DNA from: Clostridiales bacterium
GTDB taxonomy: Bacteria > Bacillota > Clostridia > Oscillospirales > CAG-272
Reading direction: 5' to 3'
Length of the DNA: 64,000 nucleotides
Assembly (NCBI GenBank): GCA_021202555.1
Contig: JAJQCT010000032.1
Location: forward strand, 66,299 to 130,298
Made by a program: the position numbers and the translations under genes
In this document: positions 55,821 through 64,000 of the stretch, one piece after another
Numbering within the stretch: position 1 is the first letter of the stretch
Layout: each line of letters starts with the position of its first letter
Notes under the pieces: generated by a model
The model's database searches: none
What the model saw: only the letters and a program-made list of their open reading frames with translations
Told to the model about the DNA's origin: nothing

Positions 55821-55874
55821 TTTGCTTGCGTATTTTATTTGCGCAATAAAGATAATCCGAAAGAGGGAATTACT

Positions 55875-57614
55875 TTGAAGAAAAAGCTTTTTTTCATTTT
55901 GTTTGTTACAGCGGCTGCGGCTGCGATATTAATGTTTTCGTCATGCAGCTCGGGCGACAGCACGTTCGGCGTGAGATTCAACGTCTATGACGATTACGCG
56001 GAGGTATCCGAATATGTGGGCGGCTCGGCTGATGTCGTCGTGGGAGACGAATACAAGGGCGTTCCCGTCACGAAAATCGCCGACGGCGCCTTCAAGGATG
56101 AGGAAATCACCTCGATAACGCTTCCCGATTCGCTCACGACAATAGGAGCGAACGCATTTGAAGGCTCGACGCTCGAAACGGTCACATTCGGCTCGGGGCT
56201 TACCGAAATAGGCGATTTTGCGTTTTTAGGCTGCACGTCGCTTTCGTCGGTTGAGATTCCCGAGGGCGTGACTAAAATCGGCGAGGAGGCATTCGCGGGC
56301 TGCACTTATCTTACGTCAGCGACGCTGCCCTCGACGCTGACAAGCCTCGGCATGAGCGCGTTTTATCAGTGCGCGTCGCTTTCGTCGATAACGCTTCCCG
56401 ACAGTCTCACGTCAGTTCTGTACGGCACGTTCTGGCAGTGCATAGCGCTCAAATCTGTGACGCTCGGAGATGCCGTGACGGAGATAGGCACGAGCGCGTT
56501 TGCCGAATGCACCTCGCTTTCATCGATAAATATCCCCGACACCGTGACCGAAATCGGCGCATACGCCTTCATGAGCTGCTCGGCTTTAACGGAGATGGTG
56601 ATTCCCGAGGGCGTGACGGTGATTGAGACGGAGTGCTTTTATCATTGTACGTCGCTTGCAACCGTTTCGATACCCTCAACGGTGACCGAAATCGGGGATT
56701 CGGCGTTCATAAACTGCACCTCGCTTTCATCGATAACTCTTCCCGACGGGCTGACAACTCTTGGGGATTCCGCGTTTGAGGGCTGCACGTCATTGACGGA
56801 GCTTATTATTCCCGAGTCTCTCACCTCGCTTTCGACAAGCGCGTTTTATAAATGCTCATCTATCGAAACCGTATCATTCCCCGAAAATTTCTCCTCCTTC
56901 GGAATAAGCTGCTTTGCATACTGCTCGTCCATAACGGAGATTGTGATTCCCGATACGGTGACGGCAATTCCGATAAGCTGCTTTGCTTACTGCACCGCTC
57001 TTGAAAGCCTGACAATCCCCGACACGGTGACGTCGATTTCCGACACGTGCATTGACGGGGACACGAATATTGTGATTTACACATGGTCGGATTCATACGC
57101 CGACTATTGGTCAAAGGAAAACGGAAAGACGATAGTATATCTCGGAGAGGCTGAAAATGTCTATGAGGAGCCTGATACGGGGACTGTATGGCTCTCATCC
57201 TCGGAGCTTCTCGAGCTTGCCGAGTATTACGCCGACATCTGGGCGGATGAAATTCTCGCATACGACGTGAGGTTTGACGGCGGGTCGTATTCCGTCGAGA
57301 TTGAGACGCTCACGGGAAAGCATACGTTTGCAGTATCAAACAACGGGGAGATTACCTCGTACACGTTCGACGAATACGCAAGCGCGCTTTCAAGCGTCTG
57401 GGGTACTGCCGATGAGGCGGAGGAGCTTGCGCTTGCGGACGCGGGATATACGAGAGATGACGTATGGTACGTCAATTCGTATATCGAATATTCCGACGGC
57501 ACGCCGTATTTTTACGTCGTGAGCTTCAGACTGCGCGACGAGGATGTGTCGTTTGAGTATAAAATCCACATTGTAAGCGGCTCGATAACAAGCAGGGCAC
57601 AATATGAGCAGTAA
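55875..57614 (+). CDS. BspA-type LRR lipoprotein with C-terminal PepSY-like repeats
   Basis: Lipobox MFSSCSS. About 14 LRR units (IP..VT.IG..AF..C..L). C-terminal region with TGKHTFAVSNNGEITSY and FEYKIHIVSGSI. TTG start with an AGAGGGA RBS. Confidence 0.75.
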   Translation: MKKKLFFILFVTAAAAAILMFSSCSSGDSTFGVRFNVYDDYAEVSEYVGGSADVVVGDEYKGVPVTKIADGAFKDEEITSITLPDSLTTIGANAFEGSTLETVTFGSGLTEIGDFAFLGCTSLSSVEIPEGVTKIGEEAFAGCTYLTSATLPSTLTSLGMSAFYQCASLSSITLPDSLTSVLYGTFWQCIALKSVTLGDAVTEIGTSAFAECTSLSSINIPDTVTEIGAYAFMSCSALTEMVIPEGVTVIETECFYHCTSLATVSIPSTVTEIGDSAFINCTSLSSITLPDGLTTLGDSAFEGCTSLTELIIPESLTSLSTSAFYKCSSIETVSFPENFSSFGISCFAYCSSITEIVIPDTVTAIPISCFAYCTALESLTIPDTVTSISDTCIDGDTNIVIYTWSDSYADYWSKENGKTIVYLGEAENVYEEPDTGTVWLSSSELLELAEYYADIWADEILAYDVRFDGGSYSVEIETLTGKHTFAVSNNGEITSYTFDEYASALSSVWGTADEAEELALADAGYTRDDVWYVNSYIEYSDGTPYFYVVSFRLRDEDVSFEYKIHIVSGSITSRAQYEQ

Positions 57615-57629
57615 TGCTCATATTGAGCA

Positions 57630-57937
57630 GTGAAATCGCCGCTACGCGGCGGATAAATCCGCACTTCGTGCGGGTGAAATCACAGCAAATGCAAAGCATT
57701 TGCTGTGGTGAAATCCGTCGCTTTAGCGACGGGTTAAAGAAGCCTCTTAAAAGCTTTGCTTTTAAGAGGCAGTTTAATTTAATAGTCTTTTCAAAGTCTA
57801 TGCTTTGAAAAGACTTCATAAACCGCTGCGAAGCAGCGATTTCACCCTGCCTGTGCGATAGCACGGGCAGGATTTAACCCGACCGTAAGGTCGGATTTCA
57901 CCCCGCGGGAGCTTTTATGGCTCCCGCGGGATTTCAC
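57630..57937. repeat. type-1 hairpin array B (10 hairpins on GTGAAATC / GATTTCACC linkers)
   Basis: Linkers at 57630, 57652, 57674 and 57708 (GTGAAATC-type) and at 57839, 57871, 57894 and 57931 (GATTTCACC-type). Confidence 0.9.
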
Positions 57938-58995
57938 TTAATGTATGTAATATATCTGTCGCTGATTTTCGCGGTATTTTCATCGCCCTCGAAGAATATA
58001 ATTCTGTACTTATATTCAAGGCGACCGCCTGCGGGAATTTCAAGTCCGCCGCGGAAATAAAGGTTATTCGCAGCGAAAAGCCCGTAATTTCTTATGTGCC
58101 ACGTCGTCGGGAATCTCTCGTTTTTCGGGTTGTCGAACACTGCGATGCCGACGGGGTGTCCCGAAAGCTCGCCGCCGTAAATAGAGTAGTTCGCCGCGCG
58201 ACCCCAGCATTCCTCCTCGCCTGTGGCGCCGTATGAGTTTTTCATGTACCCGCCGCGCTCGACGCGAAGCGGATCGGCAACTCTCACGCCGAGAGGTCCC
58301 GCCTCCTTTGTCGCGCCGAAGGTGAGCTTGCCGTATGACGCCGTGAACGCGAGCGTCACGTCAACAGTCCTTGTCTTGTGCGGCTGCGAATATACGGTGA
58401 AGGAGGATTCCGCGTCCGCCATAGGCTCGCCGTCGTGCGAGGTCCATACGGTTTCGGCATTTACCCTCATCTGCCCGCCGCCTGCCGAAACTGATGCGGA
58501 TTTATGTTTCTGAATGCCGCAGTTTAGAGGCTCATTCCAGAAATCGACGTGCTGCGCGCCGCCCTCAAGCGACACGTCGCCGACGCCGAAAAATACAGAG
58601 CGATGATGCGGATGCTCCGTCGCCTCAAAATCAAGGCGCGTGTAGCTCTCGCCGAATGAGGTCATGACGGGTCCGAAATATGGCTTATAAAATTTGTCGG
58701 AATATACGTATTCCGCAAACTTTTTCCCGCCGATATGAAACCTGAATCGCTTGTCCGCCGCCTCGATTTTCATGTCGTACTTTGGCGCCGTTTGCTCGCC
58801 GGTCAATGTGAGTGTATGCTCGCCCGCGCCGAATGTGCCTACGAAATGAAGCTCCCCGTCACGGTATGCGGCGGAGAGCGCCCTGCCGTCCTCGGTGATG
58901 ACGCTCCCGAACTCAAAATCGGGCGCTTCCTTTAATCTGAGCGCTATCGGCTCATCCTCGACGCTGCGCGTCAGCCTGAATTTTGCCTCTTTCAT
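57934..58995 (-). CDS. PmoA-like / DUF6807-family protein
   Basis: HPHHRSVFFGVGDV....VDFWNE motif typical of the family as I recall it. Confidence 0.6.
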   Translation of the reverse strand: MKEAKFRLTRSVEDEPIALRLKEAPDFEFGSVITEDGRALSAAYRDGELHFVGTFGAGEHTLTLTGEQTAPKYDMKIEAADKRFRFHIGGKKFAEYVYSDKFYKPYFGPVMTSFGESYTRLDFEATEHPHHRSVFFGVGDVSLEGGAQHVDFWNEPLNCGIQKHKSASVSAGGGQMRVNAETVWTSHDGEPMADAESSFTVYSQPHKTRTVDVTLAFTASYGKLTFGATKEAGPLGVRVADPLRVERGGYMKNSYGATGEEECWGRAANYSIYGGELSGHPVGIAVFDNPKNERFPTTWHIRNYGLFAANNLYFRGGLEIPAGGRLEYKYRIIFFEGDENTAKISDRYITYIK

Positions 58996-59013
58996 GATAT
59001 ATATCCTCCGATA

Positions 59014-59856
59014 TTAAAAATATTTGTCGGTGAAGTCGTGCGCGAGGGGCGCTTCTTTTTCAAAATCGTCGATTTTACACTCGACGGAAATCCTTCCCGC
59101 GTATGACGTTTTTTTGAGAGCGTCGGCAAAGGCGATGAGATATTCGCTGCCGTTCTTCCCGGGATATGACCTGTCAGGCTCGGATATATGAATATGAACG
59201 GGGAGAATTTCAGCCGAAAGCAGCGCGTCTGGCGCCTCACCGCCGTGAAACATATGAAATGCGTCGGCAAGATACTTTATTTTCGGGTGATTCACGCGCG
59301 ATGAAAGCGCGCAGCCCTCACCCGTCAGATTCACCGCGTTACATTCGGAGGGGCGAAGCGGCTCAACGGCGACTGTCACGCCGTAAGCCTCGCCAAGGTC
59401 GCCGCACATCGAAAGAAAGTCCGCGATATGTGAAAGTCCCTCCTCCTTTGTCATGCCGTCGGGGATTTTTCGCGCGCCGCCCGAGCCGAAAACAACAGTG
59501 TCGGCGCCGAGTATGCGCATTCTCATCATCGCGCCCTCGACATAATCATAAAGGGGCGAGCCTTTTTTAAGCTCCCCGCCGATTATTTTCAGCGTCGGCG
59601 GGATGAAGCTGTTGCATGATTCAATCCGAAAGCTGCCGCCGTATTTTTCGGAAAGTGCATCCGCCGCCGCCGTCGTTTCGTCAGCCGAAAGCTTCATAAT
59701 CATTCCGACACCGACCTCGGCATAGTCAAAGCCCGCGCGCTTTACAGTCTCCGCGCCCGCAAGCAGCTCCGAGAGTGTATCGCTTTTTGTTCCCGCTATG
59801 CCCTCGGGCATGAATGACGCCCCCGGTACACAGCATCCGATTTTGTAGTGTGACAT
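59014..59856 (-). CDS. xylose-isomerase-like TIM-barrel sugar phosphate isomerase/epimerase
   Basis: AP_endonuc_2-type pattern (VAVEPL, HIHISE). Start at MSHYKIGC, which has an AGGAGG RBS. Confidence 0.65.
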   Translation of the reverse strand: MSHYKIGCCVPGASFMPEGIAGTKSDTLSELLAGAETVKRAGFDYAEVGVGMIMKLSADETTAAADALSEKYGGSFRIESCNSFIPPTLKIIGGELKKGSPLYDYVEGAMMRMRILGADTVVFGSGGARKIPDGMTKEEGLSHIADFLSMCGDLGEAYGVTVAVEPLRPSECNAVNLTGEGCALSSRVNHPKIKYLADAFHMFHGGEAPDALLSAEILPVHIHISEPDRSYPGKNGSEYLIAFADALKKTSYAGRISVECKIDDFEKEAPLAHDFTDKYF

Positions 59857-59876
59857 AAAAGGTCCTCCTATTGTGT

Positions 59877-60137
59877 TCAGTCGTCGTAGTGACCCCTGCA
59901 TGAGACAATTTCAAGTACGCCCGCCCGAATGCGATAGACAAGCCTGTTTGTTTCGTCGATTCGTCGGCTCCAAAAGCCGCTCAAATCGCCTTTCAGCGGC
60001 TCGGGTTTGCCTATTCCGCCGAAATTTTGACGTTCAATATCTTTCAACAAAGCATTTATACGTTTGAGAGTTTTCTTGTCCGTCGTCTGCCAGTACAGAT
60101 AATCCTCCCACGCTTCGTCAAACCAAATCTTTTTCAT
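59877..60137 (-). CDS. yoeB: YoeB/Txe-family type II toxin (mRNA interferase)
   Basis: FDEAWEDYLYWQTTDKKTLKRINALLKDI......GIGKPEPLKGDLSGFWSRRID..NRLVYRI signature, ending in HY. Confidence 0.9.
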   Translation of the reverse strand: MKKIWFDEAWEDYLYWQTTDKKTLKRINALLKDIERQNFGGIGKPEPLKGDLSGFWSRRIDETNRLVYRIRAGVLEIVSCRGHYDD

Positions 60138-60394
60138 TCGTCGTCCTCGAGCGTCTCATGCTCCGTTCCCTTTCCCGCGTTAAGCGCGGCGATTCCGCGA
60201 AGCAGATGCTCCATGTTTGTGTCCGAATAAAACGGGTCTGCCGTAATCTCAAACGGGATTCTGCGCTCCCTGCCGACCTTTGTCGCGAAAATCGTGAATG
60301 CCGTCGTCATGCTCATTCCCATGTCGCGGCAGACGCTCTCCATTTTCTCCTTCACCGCCTTGTCCATGCGGAAATTAACCATTACCTGCGCCAT
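60134..60394 (-). CDS. type II antitoxin with RelB/DinJ-like N-terminal RHH
   Basis: MAQVMVNFRMDKAVKEKMESVCRDMGMSMTTAFTIFATKVGRERRIPFE resembles DinJ. Acidic C-terminal tail. 4-nt overlap with yoeB. AAGGAGG RBS. Confidence 0.75.
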   Translation of the reverse strand: MAQVMVNFRMDKAVKEKMESVCRDMGMSMTTAFTIFATKVGRERRIPFEITADPFYSDTNMEHLLRGIAALNAGKGTEHETLEDDE

Positions 60395-60483
60395 CAAATC
60401 ACCTCCTTTGCTTCGGCTACGTATATGATACCACATTGTAAAGCAAAAGTCAACATCTATCTTTACGGCTTTCAAAAAATTTT

Positions 60484-60581
60484 CGTGAAAAATTTCAGCA
60501 CACCGTGCCATGCACGGTGTGCGGGTGAAAGCTTTTGAAGATTTTCTTGAATGGGGCTTGGGGCAAAGCCCCAATTTCAGC
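60484..60581. repeat. mini type-1-like hairpin cluster
   Basis: GTGAAAAATTTCA, then GCACACCGTGC-cat-GCACGGTGTGC, then GGGTGAAAGC, then TGGGGCTT-ggggca-AAGCCCCA-ATTTCAGC. The esterase stop TGA is the complement of 60577-60579, inside ATTTCA. Confidence 0.6.
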
Positions 60582-61353
60582 TAACCCCGAGGCATTCCAT
60601 AAAAATCGGTATCTGGCGCTCCCATGACGCCTCGTTATGCGTCCCGTCGGGGACGATGCGGAAGGTGAGGAATGCGTTCTTTTTAAGAAGCAGGCCCGAC
60701 ATTGAAATCAGCGCGTCGTGCGACATGAAATGATTCGACATTTCGCGCGAGCCGTAGTCCATATATATGCGTGTGCCGCGGCGTATCGTCGAGGACTCGA
60801 CAATGCTCGTTATTTCCTCGGGAATTGCCCAGAGGCTCGGTGAAAGGCAAGCCGCGCGGCTGAATACGTGATTATACGCCGTCACAGCGTAAAGCGACAT
60901 CAAGCCTCCCATCGACGAGCCGCATATAAACGTGTTCTCGCGCCCGGGAATCGTGCGGAAATCCCTGTCGATTTGAACCTTCAGGGTGTTTATAAGCCAG
61001 TCCATGTAAATTTTCCCGCGTCCCTTAACCTGACCGAGCGTTTTGTTGTCAATATCGGACGGGGAATATTCCGAAAGCCGCGCATTTCCGCGGTGACTGC
61101 ATTCGACGGCGACGATTATAAGATGCTTTCCCGTCCGCTCCATGTACTGCTCCATGCCCCATGATTTGCCGTATGTCGCGTGACTGTCATAAAAGACATT
61201 ATGTCCGTCGAACATATACATGACGGGATAGCGCGCCTCGCCGCCGTCAAAATCGTAGCATTCCGGCAGAAAAACATATACCTTACGCTTGTCGTCTCCC
61301 GAAAGCTCGGGAATTTTTACGTCCCATTCCTGAATCAAAGAAATCGCCTCCAA
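60577..61353 (-). CDS. esterase-family alpha/beta hydrolase
   Basis: YPVMYMFDGHN. GSSMGG nucleophile elbow. Confidence 0.72.
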   Translation of the reverse strand: MEAISLIQEWDVKIPELSGDDKRKVYVFLPECYDFDGGEARYPVMYMFDGHNVFYDSHATYGKSWGMEQYMERTGKHLIIVAVECSHRGNARLSEYSPSDIDNKTLGQVKGRGKIYMDWLINTLKVQIDRDFRTIPGRENTFICGSSMGGLMSLYAVTAYNHVFSRAACLSPSLWAIPEEITSIVESSTIRRGTRIYMDYGSREMSNHFMSHDALISMSGLLLKKNAFLTFRIVPDGTHNEASWERQIPIFMECLGVS

Positions 61354-61356
61354 ATC

Positions 61357-62139
61357 CTATACTTTTTGCTTTTTGTTATTCCGCGCTTCCTTTTTCACCG
61401 CGATGTAAAACCTCGGCAGAACGAGCATTCGCCGCCATCGCCACGGCTCGCGCAAAAGCCGCCAGAACCATTCAAGCCCGAGCGAGATGAAAATCCTCGG
61501 CGCGCGTCTCACGCCGCCCGAATAGACATCGAGCGCGCCGCCAAGTCCCATCGCGAGCGATATTCCCGCCGCCTCGAGGGCTTTTTTGTTGTCGTAAATC
61601 CACAGCTCCTGCGTCGGCATACCGAGACAGACAAAAAGCAGCTTTGCGCCCGATTTGGCGATTTTCTCAATCACCGCGTCGCTCGCCTTTCCCGTTTTTT
61701 CAAAATATCCGTCGGCGGTGCCGAGAACGGAAAGCCCCGCATATTTTCCCGATAGCCTTTCCGCCGCCGCCTCGGCGACGCCGGGCTTGCCGCCGAGAAG
61801 ATAAACGCCGATACTGTTCTCCGCCGCGTATTTTATCATCCGCTCGCCAAGCTCAACTCCGGCAACCTTTTCATAAAGCGGAAGCTTCAACATCTTTGCC
61901 GCCTTGATAATCCCGACGCCGTCCGCGACGACAAGCTCCGCTGCCTTGGCGGCGCGGAAAAGCCGCCCCGTTTCATCCCGCCTTGCCGCTTCGAGATATT
62001 CGGGATTGAGCGTATACACGGCGGCAAGCCCGCCGCCCGCCTGAAGGTGGGCGGACAGCGCCGACGCCGCCTCGTTTTGCGTCAGGGCGTCAAAGCCGAC
62101 GCCGCGAATTATTACACGTTTTTTTTCCGACAGTCTCAT
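61357..62139 (-). CDS. tagA: WecB/TagA/CpsF-family glycosyltransferase
   Basis: VVADGVGI, VYLLGGKPGVAE, GMPTQELWI and REPWRWRRM motifs. Confidence 0.82.
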   Translation of the reverse strand: MRLSEKKRVIIRGVGFDALTQNEAASALSAHLQAGGGLAAVYTLNPEYLEAARRDETGRLFRAAKAAELVVADGVGIIKAAKMLKLPLYEKVAGVELGERMIKYAAENSIGVYLLGGKPGVAEAAAERLSGKYAGLSVLGTADGYFEKTGKASDAVIEKIAKSGAKLLFVCLGMPTQELWIYDNKKALEAAGISLAMGLGGALDVYSGGVRRAPRIFISLGLEWFWRLLREPWRWRRMLVLPRFYIAVKKEARNNKKQKV

Positions 62140-63866
62140 ACTCCGAGAAAGCTGTAGAGCGATTTCTGGTAGACATCGATTTTTTCATCGGCTGCCTCGG
62201 CGCTCACGTCGCCCGCGAGGAAATAAAGCTTTATTTTCGGCTCCGTTCCCGACGGACGGCAGACGATGACATCCCCGCCCTCAATGCTGAAATACATGAC
62301 GTCTGATTCGGGAAGTCCCGTGTCCGAAACATTTCCCGTCGCCGTCTCCGTAATCGTCCGCGCAAGATAATCGCGCACATGAGTGACGGCTCTCCCCGCA
62401 AATTCAGCAGGCGGCGTTTTGCGAAGCTTATTCATAAGCCCCTTTATCTTTTCCGCGCCGTCAAGCCCCTCCATCATGATTGATTTTGTAACCTCACGGT
62501 AGCAGCCGTAGCGCTCGTAAAGGGATGCGAGCGCGTCGGCGAGCGTCATTCCCTTAGCGGAATAATACGCCGCCATTTCCGTTATGAGCATCGACGCGAC
62601 GACGGCGTCCTTGTCGCGCGCGTATGTGCCCTTGAGATAGCCGTAGCTCTCCTCAAAGCCGAATATATATGTGCCGTGACCTGCCGCCTCGTGCTGCTTG
62701 ATAACCTCGCCGATAAATTTGAAGCCCGTTAAGACGTTATAAAGCTTAACGCCGCCGCTCTCGCAGATTTTCGACGCCATTTCCGTTGTCACTATCGTTT
62801 TGACGGCATACGGCTCGGGCGGCATCGTCCCGCGCTCGCGGTATGCCGCTATGATGTAGTCGAGCAGAAGCGCTCCCATCTGGTTGCCCGTTATCGTCAC
62901 AAATTCGCCCGACGCGGATTTTGCCATAACGCCCACGCGGTCGCTGTCGGGGTCTGTCGCGATTATGAGATTCGAGCCGACCTCATCCGCAAGCATAAGC
63001 CCGCGGGTGAAAGCCTCCTTGAATTCGGGATTCGGATTTTTAAGCCCGGGAAAATCTCCGTTCGGAATCGACTCAAATTCCACGGGATATAAATGCTTTA
63101 CGCCAATCTCTTTAAGAACGCGCGGCACCATTTTATATCCCGCGCCGAAAAGCGGCGTATATACGATTTTGAGATTTTCAGCCTCGGCTTTTACCGCGTC
63201 GGGATTTACAGCCTCGGCAAGCACGCATTTCACGTATGCGTCGTCGGTTTCCTTTCCGATGACGGTGATGATTCCCTCATCAACTCCGCGGTCGAAATCA
63301 AGGCGCTTCACGCCGTCGAAAATATCGACCCTTGACATCGATTCGGAAACGACGGCAGCCTGCTCGGGCGCGAGCTGCGCTCCGTCCTCCCAGTATGCCT
63401 TGTAGCCGTTGTATTCCTTCGGATTGTGCGAGGCGGTGATGTTGATTCCCGCAATGCAGCCGTGGTATCTCACGGCGAAGGAAAGCATCGGCGTCGGGCG
63501 CAGACTGTCGTAAATATAAACCTTGATTCCGTTGCCCGCAAGCACCTCGGCAGCGGTTTTTGAAAAGCGCTCCGAATTGTTTCTGCTGTCGCAGGCGACG
63601 GCGACGCCGCGCGCCTCGCAGCCCTCGCTTAAAATAAGCTCGGCAAGCCCCTGCGTTGCGTGCGCGACAGTGTAGACGTTCATGCGGTTCGTGCCTGCCG
63701 CCATGTGACCGCGAAGTCCGCCCGTTCCGAACGAAAGATACGAAACGAAGCGCGATTTTATCTCGTCCTCGTTCCCCGCGATAGCTACAAGCTCCGCTTT
63801 TGTCTCCTCGTCAACAGACGGCGATGCGCACCATCTTTCGTATGCGTCGGTGATGTACTTTTCCAT
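62136..63866 (-). CDS. phospho-sugar mutase (phosphoglucomutase/phosphomannomutase family)
   Basis: Active-site TASHNPKEYNGYK. Mg loop DPDSDR. Confidence 0.9.
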   Translation of the reverse strand: MEKYITDAYERWCASPSVDEETKAELVAIAGNEDEIKSRFVSYLSFGTGGLRGHMAAGTNRMNVYTVAHATQGLAELILSEGCEARGVAVACDSRNNSERFSKTAAEVLAGNGIKVYIYDSLRPTPMLSFAVRYHGCIAGINITASHNPKEYNGYKAYWEDGAQLAPEQAAVVSESMSRVDIFDGVKRLDFDRGVDEGIITVIGKETDDAYVKCVLAEAVNPDAVKAEAENLKIVYTPLFGAGYKMVPRVLKEIGVKHLYPVEFESIPNGDFPGLKNPNPEFKEAFTRGLMLADEVGSNLIIATDPDSDRVGVMAKSASGEFVTITGNQMGALLLDYIIAAYRERGTMPPEPYAVKTIVTTEMASKICESGGVKLYNVLTGFKFIGEVIKQHEAAGHGTYIFGFEESYGYLKGTYARDKDAVVASMLITEMAAYYSAKGMTLADALASLYERYGCYREVTKSIMMEGLDGAEKIKGLMNKLRKTPPAEFAGRAVTHVRDYLARTITETATGNVSDTGLPESDVMYFSIEGGDVIVCRPSGTEPKIKLYFLAGDVSAEAADEKIDVYQKSLYSFLGV

Positions 63867-63896
63867 ATTGTCCTCCGGATGTATGTTAAATTATAG

Positions 63897-64000
63897 TCAA
63901 GCTGTCAGGTCAAGAATCGATACCTCGCCCGAGGAAAGCAAAATCCGCTCGCCCCCGCGAAGTATCACAAGTCTGCCGTCGGGGCAGACGTCAATCGCGC
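63897..64000 (-). CDS. 3' end of an unidentified CDS that continues beyond the window
   Basis: Open frame ...AIDVCPDGRLVILRGGERILLSSGEVSILDLTA-stop on the - strand. Confidence 0.35.
   Translation of the reverse strand, partial: AIDVCPDGRLVILRGGERILLSSGEVSILDLTA

Noticed and set aside
57630-57937. Whether the hairpin arrays (also 24636-24914) are CRISPR arrays
   Set aside because: The constant element is only 8-9 nt and the variable parts are themselves palindromes of 13-30 nt. The linker orientation flips in mid-array. No cas genes or leader are present.

Overview
This 64-kb window covers the chromosomal replication origin of a Clostridia-type Firmicute. Hand counts on sampled 60-nt lines give about 55-65% GC in core genes. 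The backbone runs rpmH-rnpA-yidD-yidC-jag-mnmE on the + strand. It diverges from dnaA-(oriC)-dnaN-recF-remB-like-gyrB-gyrA on the - strand. Further left lie recA-recX-rimO-pgsA, noc-soj-spo0J-serS with three parS sites, smpB plus tmRNA, tRNA-Arg(ACG), rarA, mtaB, tatD and metG. Accessory content includes two BspA-type LRR surface proteins, a low-GC islet with an S8 peptidase and a lipoprotein, and a GH112 phosphorylase. It also includes an orphan hicB cassette flanked by about 70-bp direct repeats, and a yoeB toxin paired with a DinJ/RelB-like antitoxin. The most unusual feature is non-coding. Most intergenic gaps are filled with perfect or near-perfect hairpins that fall into at least three dispersed modular families. 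Type 1 is an array of different GC-rich hairpins strung on a constant GTGAAATC/GATTTCAC linker (24636-24914, 57630-57937, mini-copy about 60484-60581). Type 2 is a pair of nested palindromes with a conserved base (GTGAATATT..AATATTCAY, CAACTT..AAGTTG) and a variable apex (36474-36555, 52375-52645, 43505-43544). Type 3 is a GTTTGAAAGA/TTCCGC-GCGGAATCG hairpin module. It forms a shared leader directly upstream of two unrelated genes (2971-3099, 11653-11802) and a 360-bp hairpin field between recF and dnaN. Stems differ between copies by compensatory changes, and most imperfections are G.T pairs. No cas, integrase, transposase or reverse-transcriptase gene is present. Everything here comes from reading the sequence and ORF translations by eye; no database search was run.
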